A stretch of 58,635 bases of DNA, counting the filler, from Jimgerdemannia flammicorona (Eukaryota), in the NCBI GenBank assembly GCA_003990765.1. It is 3 parts of 3 records of this genome, joined end to end, with 100 filler letters (N's around TTAATTAATTAA, not from the genome) between each part and the next. Parts side by side here need not be neighbours in the genome. Positions count along the whole stretch, not along the records: positions 39,168 to 58,635 come from RBNJ01001932.1; 2 more parts are not named here. The stretch is one strand, 5' to 3'. The notes under the pieces were generated by a model. The model saw only the letters and a list, made by a program, of their open reading frames with translations. It ran no database searches and was not told where the DNA came from. Below are positions 39,068 through 51,700 of this stretch, piece by piece. Position numbers and translations under genes: made by a program. Each line of letters starts with the position of its first letter. Positions within the stretch are counted from its first letter, which is position 1.

Positions 39068-39167
39068 NNNNNNNNNNNNNNNNNNNNNNNNNNNNNNNNN
39101 NNNNNNNNNNNTTAATTAATTAANNNNNNNNNNNNNNNNNNNNNNNNNNNNNNNNNNNNNNNNNNNN
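39068..39167. other. Assembly gap with TTAATTAATTAA linker
   Basis: 44 N + linker + 44 N. Confidence 0.97.
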
Positions 39168-39819
39168 GGGGAGGGGGTATTTATACTAGTGAGGGGCTAT
39201 CTGGACTATGCTAGATATGGATGTAGCACTAAGTGCCTTGCTGAGTCGGAATGCAGTCACATAGTACAAGTGTGATCTGATATATCAAGAGATCGTCTGA
39301 CTGCTGAGTCAGTTCACAGTCACATCGTACAAGGCTACTCTATGTATACTATGACTGCTAGACTATTTATAGGTCTTAGGCACTATCTGGGTAGTCTTCG
39401 ATGACATCACCATCGATTGCATCATCTCTGATGAAGTAGTCATCTAGGAAGAGTGGTTCGCGGATTACTTCTCCTTGTTGGCTGAGATAGTAATACATTG
39501 GGACTTCATCTCCGTCCCACAGAATAGCATCGTCTGTTTCATATGCTGGATAAGGTGTTGGTGGGCGAAGGATGGGTGTACTGTCTTCGCTTTCATCAGA
39601 TTCACTGTCTGCATACCTTCTATAGGTTACGGCACTATGAGTTGCGGGGTTATAGTATGCTGGCGGCTCTGGTTCATGTTACTCGTACTCGGGTGGTGGA
39701 GTGGTTGGTTTGATCTCGAGGGTTGTCTGAAGGTACAGGTTGTGTTCTCCAGTCTCTTCATTGTAATTGAAGTAATCGGGGGTGAACGCGGGTTGGTATT
39801 CGTGCCAGTGGTCATTGTC

Positions 39820-40473
39820 TCAATAAGTCTCGTATGCAGTTATGAACTGTTGTAAGTTCATTGGCAAGGTTGGCAGAGTGATCAGGGTTGGCAGAGATCC
39901 TTGGCTAGAGATCATGTTGGCGTCAGAGGGGTCATTGTCTTCTGCTTCATCTTCGTCGAAGTTGATTATATCATAGACGTCCTTCATGGTGTATCCGACT
40001 TGAGGCATTTGCAGAATATGGTCATCAGAGTGCGGGAAGGTTCTGTCTGTGGTTTTGACATACTCGAGGTACTTGTAGTTGAGTTCTTGTATCATGTCAT
40101 CGATTTGGCCATAGGACAGGGTAGCAACCATTTCACTGGTAGTGACTCGGAGGCAGGGAATAAAGGTGTTGTACTCATAGAAGAGTTCTCGATGTTTACG
40201 GGCGATGAGCTTCTGGTGTTGAGACATCTGAGTAATATCTGTATCATGGTGGTGTTCGACCATATCTTCTAGGAGGTGGCCAATCTGGTAGTAGCTTGAG
40301 ATTTGTCCAATTCGGTGGGCCTCACTAAGTATGTTCAGGGCGTTCCATCGGACTTCTATGAAGTAGAGGGGTGCCAGGCTATGGATATTCATGAGGGGCA
40401 GAGGGGGTGTGGCTCGGTTGACAATGGTGTTCCAAATGTCAGCGTGGATGCGGTTGTAGATCTCAGTGGTCAT
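39820..40473 (-). CDS. Intact intronless 217-aa ORF of unknown function, probably a retroelement accessory ORF
   Basis: Long open frame from ATG 40473 (YYQIGHLLE...ARKHRELFYEY..., acidic tail). It lies next to TE DNA and upstream of an LTR-like TATAAATACCCCC near 39185 on the same strand. Confidence 0.55.
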   Translation of the reverse strand: MTTEIYNRIHADIWNTIVNRATPPLPLMNIHSLAPLYFIEVRWNALNILSEAHRIGQISSYYQIGHLLEDMVEHHHDTDITQMSQHQKLIARKHRELFYEYNTFIPCLRVTTSEMVATLSYGQIDDMIQELNYKYLEYVKTTDRTFPHSDDHILQMPQVGYTMKDVYDIINFDEDEAEDNDPSDANMISSQGSLPTLITLPTLPMNLQQFITAYETY

Positions 40474-43400
40474 GTTTGTATATTTGGAAGTTATGGTTGT
40501 TGTTTGTTTTGGTTCTCTGATTCGACACATCTCGGTGCTCGGTATATATGCATTTAGTCCTGATTGGTAAGATTCTGTTTGTGTAAATCTTGTGTTCTGT
40601 GACTTCGTATTGACTCAGCTTTATATGCTGTGACTTCAGTTTGACTCAGCTTCGTGATCAAGCAGGTGATTTCCAGATTTGTTCAGAGGTCGCATGTGAT
40701 TTCAGTGGCTTGGAGGTTGTGCACTTACAGTTTGAGGTGGGACTCCAGAGTAGTTCAGCTACTGGTAAAGGGGGTATCTACTATGATGAAGGCTGAGACT
40801 AGGAGGAAGGTTGAGGAGGTGATGGCAGAGTATGGTGATATGGTTAATATTGGATTTCAGATATGAGAGGAGACTACCTTTAGGATGAGAGATGTTGATA
40901 TCAGGATTAGACTGGCTGGAAGAGAGACTACTGGGAAGACAAGTGACTGGCCTTCAGTACTGATATGGAGGGGCCTTTATCTGTAAGATATTGATGGTGA
41001 AGAGGAGTGAGGAGGAGGAGAAGGATCTATTAGAGGCTTTGGAAGAGATAAGTGAAGTGGTTGAGCAGAGGGTAAAGGCCTGGAAGATATATATCAAGTT
41101 GACACATTTGGAGATTGTGGATGGGAAGCATCTCTGCACTGACAAGAGGCAATGGGAGAGGGCTCAGAGGCACAAGAGGTAGAGAGAGTTGTTGGCAGGC
41201 CTGGAAGGAAGGGCAAAGAAGAATATGAGTGGCATTGAGAAGTCTGGGGGTATCGAGATGAGTGTCTGGACTAATAAAGAGAGAGGAGATGTTGAGGAGG
41301 ATCAGGATGGGACTGAAAAGTCACCACACAAGGACCCATATATAGTATGTTTGAAGTCTGGGAACAGAAATTGGAGGGTACTCTCTCTCTTATCAGGCAA
41401 GGCTCTGCTGCAAGAAGAGGATGTACTAATATGTGGCACCCAGCAGATATATTTTGAAGTTTCAGACATAGCAAAAGGGGGTCAGGTGGTGGCAGTTAGT
41501 GAGAATGAGCTAGTAGATATGACAGAGGAGGAGTGGAACAAGTCTGCAAGTACAGGAGTAGATACTACAATGCTGAGTATAGGGAGGCCAGTGTCTCTAA
41601 GAGGAAAGGAGATGAGAAACCTACTGTGAATGAGCTAGATGATAAACAACTTTACAGCTAAAGAGTTGGGAGAGGTAGACCTGAGGGTGATGAGTGAGGA
41701 GCATTGGGCACAGATTCTGTATGATGATGGAGTGGTAGAGGTACTGAAGGTAGAGGTACTTGCAATTTTCCTAGAGAAGGAGGGGTATGAGATTGATAAG
41801 GAAAGAGAGGCTGACCTGGCAATTGTTGCTGATGAGAGGGCTGCATACTGTTGGGCAGAGCATCATGGATTGCAGCTTTGACAAGAGGTCTGTCTGGAGT
41901 ATTGGAAGGAGTTTGAAGAGAAGGAGGATAGGGAGATAGCTGCAGAGAAGGAAGTGGCTGCTGAACATAACTTGGACATAGCAAGGGAGGAGATTAATGT
42001 GGATTTGTAGAGGATGAATAGTACCTCTAAATATTATTCCCAATGAATAGAATAACTAAAATTTTTTCTCTAAATGTGAATGGGTTACAGGGCTCTGGGC
42101 AGTATAAGAACATTTTCACCTAGCTTAAGGGATTGGAGGCTGATCTCTTTCTGCTGTAGGATGTGTATTGTGAGGATGATGTAGATCAAGTAGAGTAGAC
42201 TAGAGAATGGGGAGGAGCTACTACTTAGATAGGCAAAGTGGTGGTTTTGGTATAGAGAGGTAAAGGGGATCTAAGTGGAATCAGGAGCTGGGGAGACTGG
42301 TTGGTATGGGGGGAATGGCATCAACCAGGGTGAGAGCCAGTAAAAGTTAACTCTTACTACTGCCCTATAAATAGGGATAAGTAGATTACATAGATTATAG
42401 GTCTCTTAGAGAAGGGTGCATTCTTGAAGAATGGGGTGAATGTTCTGGGAGGTAACTTAAATATGGTACAGAATCTTCAGTTAGATAGAACTGATAGAGG
42501 AAGGAGTACTGGTGGTAGGAGTAGTGGCCTGGATACATGAGAGGAGGTGGAGAATCTCAGCTTTTTGAAGAATATGGGCAGAATGCAGTGAGGAGAAAAG
42601 AGGATTTATACATACTGGATGAATAGACTAGGTACAAGAATTGACTGGATACTGACAGCCAAATGCTAGAGTAGGAATGTTTAGAGGTCTCTGAAGGTAG
42701 AGTAGTGTCCATGGTCAGATCACTGGAGATTGTTGGGGTAGGGGCAGTTTGGGGGAAGTAGAAATGGACTCAGACCTCTCTACTGGTAGAGAGGGTGTGG
42801 TGGGACCCATGGGTGGAGGACATTCAGGGGAAGATCACTAGCTAGAAACATGAGGGTATACTAGTAGATATTCAGTAGATAAAGTTGAAAGGGGAGGCAA
42901 GAGTTTACTGAGGAGATGCTGGTAGGGATGCTGAGAGATGGAGAAAGAAGAGAGTGAGATGTGCTTCCAATAGGTTGGTTAGATTGCAGATGTCATGGGC
43001 TGATTTGTTAAACTCTGGAGAGGTAGATGATTAGAGGTTAGTGTAGACAAAGCTAGAAGTGGTGGAGTTGCAACAAGTGTTGAGAGAGGAGGAGGAGGTG
43101 CAGATAAAAGGAATGGCAGCTAGGTTGAGGTGGCAGGGGCTCAAGGAAGAGGAGAGGCCCACTAGGTATTTGTCAAGGCTCCTCCAGGCTAGAAAGGTGT
43201 GACATTGATGAGATGGAGTTCTTGATACAGAGGGGAAAATGGTTCATAGTATGCAATAGATCTTGGGGATACTGAAGGAGTAGTGGAGGGGTCTATGGAG
43301 TGAGAAGGAAGGGAGCACTGATGTAGAGGTAATTAGAGATACTCTGGAGAATTAGGAGCTGCCACAAGTGGAGAGCCTGAGAGATTTGATCCTACCAGTC

Positions 43401-44763
43401 TATAAGGAGGAGATCTAGAGAGTCTTTGTAGCAACTAAGCTTAGAATGGTACCAGAAGAGGATGATCTATCTTGGGACTTTTAGAAGAAGATGATGAAAG
43501 TCCTGGGAGTATTAGGAGAGATGGCTGCCCTCTGTGACATTGTTCTTCTGAATGACCAGTGGGTGAGAGGGCAGGACCTAGAGCTGGTGGCCCTGTTGTA
43601 CAAAGATAAGGGAGGAGGGAGGATTGGAAGAACTGGAGACTAATTATACTTCTGGATATAGACAGAAAGTTGGTTATGAAGATAATTGTAGTAAGATTAT
43701 AGAAGGTTGTCTAACAGATGCTGGGTGAGGAGTAATGGAGTTTTGTTAGAGGTAGACTTATTAGAGATAGGATGACTTAGGTCTATGGTATATATCATTG
43801 AAGGGGTATAGGCTAGTGGATTGGATGGGAGGCTGGTTTTTTTGGACCAAAAGAAGGTCTATAACCATGTCTGGCAGGTGTGGTTGGGTAAGGTGCTAGA
43901 CAGAATTGGAGTTCCTCTACTATTTCAAGTTTCTATGTTGAATCTGTTGGAGGGCAGTAGAGTGGTGCTGATGTATAATAGTCACCAAGGTCTGGTATTT
44001 CTCTTGGAGAGAGGAGTGCCTCAGGGGAATCCACTGTCTCCTATTCTATATGCCCTTTCATTAGAAACTTTGATAGATAGGATTCAGCAGAAGGTGGTAG
44101 GGCTCTCTATTTATAGTATAGTATAGAAGGTAGGGGCCTTTGTAGATGATATAGTGGTTGGACTTAGATCAGTGGCAGATGTTGAGGCTCTTAAGAAGAT
44201 GGTAGAATGGTATGAGGCATACTCTGGAGCAAAACTCAACTGGTATAAGTATGAGACAATAGTATTGGGAAATGGATTAGTAGAAGGATATGTCATTGGA
44301 ACAATTGTCTTTATAAAAGAGGTAGTAAGATATCTGGATATCTTTCTATCTATGTATGGATCTGTCTTGCCATAAGTGTGGTGGGAGAGGAGAGTGGCTA
44401 TCTGGAGAGAGGCTCTTAGAGGCTAGAAAGGTCACCATATCTCCCTAACAGGCTGGATGTTGATTCTGAATGTCTACTGGTTCCCTAAGCTATGGTATAT
44501 GACCTATTACTTGGACTTTCCTACTTAGGTGGTGAAGAGACTATTGAAACTGGCTAGGGATTATATTTGGGCTGGGAGGCAGTCCCAGATCAGTTGGGAT
44601 ACCCTTATAATACTAGTAGCTCAAGGGGGGCTTGGACTGGTAGATTTTTCTAAGAGGCTGTACTGCCTGAGAGCTTGGTAATTGAAGTGAGCTGTGGAAC
44701 TGAGAGGAGGAGGATGGGTGCTGCTGATGCAGAAGGTGTGGGAGATGAGATTTTCCCCAAGAG

Positions 44764-45168
44764 TGTAATATTTTAGCATAGTTTATTTCTTTTCTCTGTC
44801 TTTCTTGAATATTCTATAACCTTCCAGCACTTTCTGCATATTTAGAAATCCCCTTCTTGGTGCCAAGTATTAACTAGTACTTATTTAGCTAGTCATGGAA
44901 TATCCTGGAAACTTGTAGAACTTTATTTGTCATCATTTGTCATCCTTGCCAAGAACTTTCCTCTTGGCATTTTTCTTTGATTTCTCAGATTCTTCCAGAT
45001 CCTTCTTTCAGATCTTGTATAAATATCCCCTTTGTTCTCATGAATAAAGTCCCAGAATATTTTCTTCCAGAAATCCTTCAAGAACACTTGAATCCTTAAG
45101 TATCTCTTTGAGCTACTTAGAATCACCAGAACTAGTCACTTCCTCATTTAGAAACTAGAACTATTACA
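44764..45168 (+). repeat. 5' LTR (405 bp)
   Basis: tgtaatattttagc...gaactattaca; colinear with 56315-56719; contains TATAAATA and AATAAA. Confidence 0.96.
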
Positions 45169-45170
45169 CT

Positions 45171-45188
45171 TGGTAGCAGCAGTTAAGT
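45171..45188 (+). promoter_or_regulatory. Primer-binding site, initiator tRNA-Met type
   Basis: TGGTAGCAGC... begins 2 nt after the 5' LTR. Confidence 0.7.
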
Positions 45189-46274
45189 TACACCTAGCCT
45201 TATCAAGACACCTCTCAAGATATCAGTCACAATACTATGGAGGACAACAGGTGGAACCCTTCATACAGTACCTATGGTCCAGACAATGCCTCATACAATC
45301 AGTAAGAAGAAGAGGAACAGCAAAACCCTACTCAGTCAAATGGGGCCATTGAGAGTCTTTTGTAGACCACATTAGCTCAGATTGCTCAACATCAAGAATG
45401 TATAGAAAGAAAGGAAAGCAAGGCCTCAGCTCATACCTCTGCACCTCTACCAATATCAATACATTCGACAGCAGTCACTATCAAGCCTCAGAAGCCCAAC
45501 ACCTTTGATGGTCAAAGAGGAGGACTGTCTATCAATGCCTGGCTTTTCCAATTGGAACAATATGGAGAACTGACCAATTTGAAAGAAGCAACACTAGTCC
45601 AATTTACCACCACACTTCTCTAAGGGAATGCCACAATCTGGTGGCGAAACCATGTCCAGAATACCAGATTCTTTAACCAAATCAAGACCTGGGATGAATT
45701 CTCTGATGCTATTCAAGGCCAATTTAAACCAGTCAACAGCACCAAGACTATGTAAGACCACCTGGCAAATGTCAAACAACTCAAGTCTGTACAAGTATAC
45801 AATGTACAATTCCTGTCAATCCTACTAGAATTACCACATATCACTGAAGATGAGAAGGTTGACAAGTACATCTGAGGCCTGAAAGATTAACCCCAAGTTC
45901 ATGTTGAACTAGAAGAACCCAAGGACCTAGATATGGCAATGAAAATTATTGATAGGTTTGATGTCATCATCTATGGTCACCACTTTGAATAGAAGAGACC
46001 ACCTTTCAACAACAACAACAACTACAGAAGGGAGGAACCCAAAGTCAGAACTGTTGGACCTGCTCCCATGGACCTAGACACCATCAATAAGAACAAGAAA
46101 GGCAAGCTTACACCTGAGGATAAGGAGTGCTTCAAGAAGGCTGAAGCCTACTTCTTTTGTCATCAGCCTGGTCATATTGCAACTAAATGTCCCAAGAAAA
46201 CTACTGAACCAAAGAGGATCCTGGTCCAGTCCAAAGATACTCAAGGTCAATCAGTTGAACAAAAAGTTGTACTC

Positions 46275-46679
46275 AATTTCATGCAAGTCAACCCCAAGGC
46301 CCCGATCCCTCAAGTATAGTCAGAAGGAGCCATTGGTTTGAACCTTCAAACAGTACAACAAGTCACTATTCTGGCACATGAAAGAAGGCTCATTCCAACT
46401 GGCCTTTCAGTCGAAATCTCCAAGAAACATTAAGCAAGAATTGTACTAAGATCTGGCCTCAGTTTCAAGCACTCATTAGATGTTAGCACTGGAGTCATTG
46501 ACTCTGACTTCTGAGGTGAAATACAAGTCCTGCTAGTCAACCACAAGAACCAACTATATACTATTAATGAAGGGGACAGAATTGCACAGCTCATTCTAGA
46601 GTGAGCCACTCTACCAGTCATCAAAGAAGTCACTAAGCTGTCTTCAACCAAGCGAGATCAGAAAGACTTTGGCAGTACT
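46275..46679 (+). pseudogene. dUTPase domain within the Gypsy polyprotein
   Basis: All five trimeric dUTPase motifs in one frame: AIGLNL, RSGLS, GVIDSDF*GEIQVLL, GDRIAQLI, RDQKDFGST; same frame as the gag zinc knuckle, protease and RT. Confidence 0.93.
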
Positions 46680-48707
46680 GACAAAGTTGCAAGCATAGCC
46701 AAGAACTGAGCCAATTCAATACTCATTTTCAAAGGTCTAGTCAAGGGACAAGAACTAGATGTTCTCATAAACAGTGGAGCTGTTGGGAACTTCATCAACA
46801 AGAACCTCATTGATAAGCTCAAGATTCTCACCAAACCAGCTGGCAAGAATGGTGGAGTTGTCACTGCAGATGGCACCATCTTACCAATTGACTCAATTGT
46901 TGCTAAACTTCCCCTCAAGATCCAGAAGTACTGGGAACATTTAGATTTCAAGGTAGCATCACTAGGAGACCATGACCTGATCCTAGGCAAACCCTGGCTT
47001 ATATGGCACAACCCTCAGATTGATTGGACCAAGAATGAAGTCACCTTGATTCAGGATGGAGCCAATATTACCATCAAGCCAGACAAGACTCAGATGAGAA
47101 CCCCAATTGCTACTCTTTCAGCAATTCAGTTCAAGAAGGCTCTCAAGAAAGCTACCTGTGCCTTTATGGCACTGATCTGATCAAAGAAAGAAGACAAGAA
47201 GCTATCAATTAGTGAAAGTGTCAAGTTACTATTGAACAAGTATAAGGATGTCTTCCTAGACAAACTATCTGATCTACCACCTTCAAGAGACCATGACCAT
47301 GAAATCAAGTTAGTACCCAATACAGCCATACCTAAGAAGAAAATGTACTGTATGTCCCCACTTGAAATTGAAGTAGTCAAGAAGGAACTCAATGAACTCA
47401 TCAAACGAGGAGCCATTCAGCCAAGCAAGTCACCCTTTGGCTCTCCAGTCCTATTTGTCAAGAAAAAGGATAATACTCTGTGAATGTACATAGACTACCG
47501 AGCACTCAACAAGATAACAGTCAAGAACTATTATCCACTACCACTCATAGATCAAATCTTTAATACCCTTAAGAATGCAAAGTACTTCACCAAGATTGAT
47601 CTCACCTCTGAGTATCACCAAATTCGAATCAAGCCAGAAGACATACCCAAGACTGCCTTCATGACTCCCTTTGGACTCTACAAATTCCTAGTTATGGCCT
47701 TTGGTCTCACTAATACACCAGCAACCTTTCAAGACCTCATGCAAACTGTCTTCAAGGATCAGCTCTATATCTTTGTACTTGTATACATCAATGACATCCT
47801 GATCTTCAGTAGCACTGAAGAAGAATATCTCAAGCACATCGAATAAGTCCTCAAGATCCTCCATGAGAACAAGCTCTATGCAAAGCTCAAGAAATGTGAA
47901 TTTTTCAAGGATCAAGTTGAATACCTTGGACACATTGTATCAGCCAAAGGAATTCAAGTAGACTTAAGGAAAATACAAGCCATTGAACAGTGGCCTATAC
48001 CAGCAAACCTCACTGAACTCAGGTCCTTCCTTGTTCTGGCTGGATACTACCATTGATTTGTCAAGAACTTCTCTGGCATTGCAGAATCTTTGACAAACCT
48101 CCTGTGAAAGGAACCCAACTCTGATCTCTATGTCCCCTACATCTGGGATACTTTCTGTCAACAAGCTTTTCAAGAACTCAAGAACTGCCTGACCCATGCA
48201 CCTGTCTTTAGAAACATGGACCCAAACTTGAAGTTCATAGTCACCATAGATACATCTAACTTTGTCATTAGTGCAGTCATTTCTCAAGATAATGGTCAAG
48301 GACACTGACCTATTGCCTTTGAGTTAAGAAAATTGTTTCCAGCAGAACAAAAGCTGGCTACTCATAAAAAGGAACTCCTGGCAATCATGCATGCCCTCAA
48401 GACTTGGTGACACTACCTAGAAGGAGTTGAGTTTGATGTGATCACTGATCACAGATCCCTTCAGTATATCAACACTCAACCAACCCTTTCTCACCAACAA
48501 GCCAAGTGGAGTCAACTGCTTCAGACCTTTACCCCAAACATTATCTACAAGCCTGGCAAAACTCTGGTTATACCAGATACACTTTTAAGAAGACCTGACC
48601 TTGCTGCAATTTTACAAGTCACTGTGGTACCTGAATTCTTCAATCAGATCAAGAAGGTATACAAACAAGACTCTCTGGTTCTATAAAGGAACACCAAGGA
48701 ATTCAAG

Positions 48708-51700
48708 AAAACATCCTTTCTTCAGTAACATTCAGGTTACACAACCTTGGGCAATACTTTCAACACAGTTTCTAAAGAAAAGCTATTAGTATCATGGCAA
48801 CTAATGAGTATTCTGAGGTGTGTACTGGGCAGGGTGGTCCTGGAGTATTCAAATGGCAGCAAGTGGAGAGAGGCCCAGGCTTGAGGGGAAGTATGAGTGG
48901 CCTGCTGGCAGGAGGATGTGGTGGAGGAGGGGGTAGAGCTGGAGGTCAAGGGGCCAGTAGAGTGAGCTTCATAGAGAAGGTAAAGGAGGGTCAGCATAGA
49001 GCTGGACTAGAGAGCTGGCTGAGGGGGGGGAAGGTGCTGGTGAGGGCTACAAGGCAGCAGCCTTATGGGGGAGCCTCTCTGGAGGGCCTTAGGGGTGGAG
49101 CTGGGGGGGTAGCAGCTGAGGTAGGGACTGCTGATAGGAGTGTGACAGGTGATCTGGAAAAAAATCTAAATGGGACTACTGATGGTGGGCCAAGCAGTGG
49201 GAAGGGCACGAGGCCTAGGGATCTGGCTGATGGTATAATGGGACTGATAGTGGCCCTGTTACTCAAGAAGTCAATCTCAGAGTTTGCTGTCACAATATAC
49301 TTCCAAGGTTTGGTAGTGATGGCAAAAATGGTTCTGGGGTTAATCATGAAGCAGATGAGTGGCGCAGTATCTGTTAAGTTCCTGAAGGGCCTAAAAGGGG
49401 TGGAGGTGGGCTTTGAGGAGGCTGGGCCATTAGAGGAGGCTTTGAAGGCTGGGATGATAGTAGGTGAGATATGTGTACCAATGGTGAGATGCCTGAGGTG
49501 GGACCCAAGAGTGGTGCAGCTCTTGGTGAAAGGAGTTCCCACAGTAACTACTGTAGAGATGAGGAGGAGAGTCAAGGAGATCATGGTAGAGTATGGGGAG
49601 GTGGTTGATATTGAGTTCAGAGTGTGGGAGAGTATCTCTCTCTGGATAGAGGATGTGGACATCAGAATTCAGTTGGCAGGGAGGGAGGCTACTAAGAAGG
49701 CTTGGGACTAGCCTTCAGTGATGGTGTGGGGGGCTTTCTAATGTAAGGTGACAAGAGTGAAGGGAAGTGAGAAGGAGGAGGAGGATTTGGTGGAAGTACT
49801 AGAGGAGCTGAGTGGAGTAGTGGAGAGGAGGGCAAAGGTGTGGAAGGCATTCAAGGAGTTGATGCATTTTGAGATAGTTGAAGGGAAGCGAGTCCACATC
49901 AATAAGAAGGTGTGGAAGAGGTCCCAAGGGCACCAGAGGCAGAAGAAGTTGGTGGTGAAAATGGGGGCAGAGGTGAAGAGGAAGGCAGGAGACAGTATAG
50001 CCACTAGAGGTGCTGAGGTGAGTGTCTGGGCTGCTGGTAGTAGAGGGAATGAGGAGGGGGGCCTGGAGGAGGCTGAGAGGGTGCTGAGCAAGAATCCATA
50101 TGAGGATGGCATATTTGAGGTTTGGGAGGAAACCTGGGAGGATTCACCCTCACCCTCTCCCCTTATCAGAAGGGGTCCAGTAGCAAGAAGTAAAGTGGTG
50201 GAGGATGTGCTGATGTATAGTGCCCAGCAGATGTACTTTGGAGTCCCAGATGTGGAGAAGGGGAGATTGGTAGAGGCAACTGGAGAAGAGAAATTGGTGG
50301 ATGTCTCAGAGGAGAGATGGAATGAGTCAGCAAGTATAGGGGCTGACACTATGATGCTGGATAGAGGGAGGCCAGTGACCCCAGGAGGGAAGGAGGTAGG
50401 AAATTTGCTCTGGATGTGCTGGATGATGAACAACTTGGTGGCAGAAGAGCTGGGGGAAGTAGACCTCAGAGTGATGAGTGATGAGCATTGGGCAAGGATC
50501 TTGTAGGGTGATAGAGTGGTGGCAGTATTGAAGGCGGAAATTCTGACAGTATACTTGGAGGAGGAGGGGTATGAGGTCAATAATGAGAGGGAGGCTGCTC
50601 TGGCAGTTGTGGCGGGCAAGTGGACTGTCCACTGTTGGGCTAAGTGGTATGGACTGCAGCTCTGGCAAGAGGCTTGCTTGGAGTACCATGAGGAGTTTGA
50701 GGAAAAGGAGGATGGGGAGCTGGCTGAGATCCTGGTTGAATTGGAGGCTAAGAGGGCTGAGGAGGCAGAAGCTATTACAGAGTACAATCTGGATAGGGCA
50801 CAGGAGGAAGTGGATATGGAGCAGTAGAGGACTCGTTCAAAACTATATATCCTTCCTTATGAATAGTACAACTAACATTTTTTCTTTAAACATGAACAGA
50901 CTAAGGGGGTCTTTCCAGCACCAGAATATTTTTACTTGGCTGAAGGGACTGGATGCTGATCTCTTTCTTTTGCAGGATGTCAGATGTGAGGATGACTTGG
51001 AAGGGCTAGAATAGACAAAGGAATGGAGAGGGGAGGTAGTTTGGAGGAGAAAGATCGGGATTCTGGTTTGGAGGGGCAGAGGGGAGATTCAGGATGTGAG
51101 GAACTGGGGTGATAGACTAGTCTGGAGAGAATAGATATGAGCAGGCTGGGAGCCAACCATAGTAGGTTCCTGCTACTGCTCTACTGTGAGGATTGAGCAT
51201 ATAGATTGGGTGAAGGGCCTCCAGAAGAGTGGGGTCCTTGCAGAGGTGGGCATAGACTTGCTTGGGGGGGACTTTAATATGGTCAGAGATGCACTGGTGG
51301 ATAGGACTGATAGAGGGTGGGGGGCTGAGGGTAGGAGTGGAGGGCTGGAGGCATGAGAGGAGGTGGAATGGTTGAGTGTGTTGATAGATGCTGGTAGGGG
51401 GTTTTGGGGTGATAGGAGGGTGTATACACACTGGATGGGAGGCCTGGGAACAAGAATTGACTGGATTTTGATGGTGAGCTATTGGGGTTTTGATGTGTGG
51501 AAGTTATTAGAGGTTGAGTGGTGTCCATGGTCAGATTATTAGGATTTGCTAGGGCAGGGACATTTTGGGGGGAGTGGAGATGGGTCTGGACATTGGCACC
51601 TCAATTTCTCTTTGCTAGCTGATAAAATGTTGTGGGATAAGTGGGCAGCAGACATTTGACAGAAGGTAGAGGGCTAGAGAGAGGAGGGTGTCCCAGTTTG

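Noticed and set aside
40703..40712. Possible TSD of the outer LINE (ttcagtggct versus ctcaatagct at 57768)
   Set aside because: Three mismatches in 10 bp, and the two flanks differ greatly in composition; not supportable.
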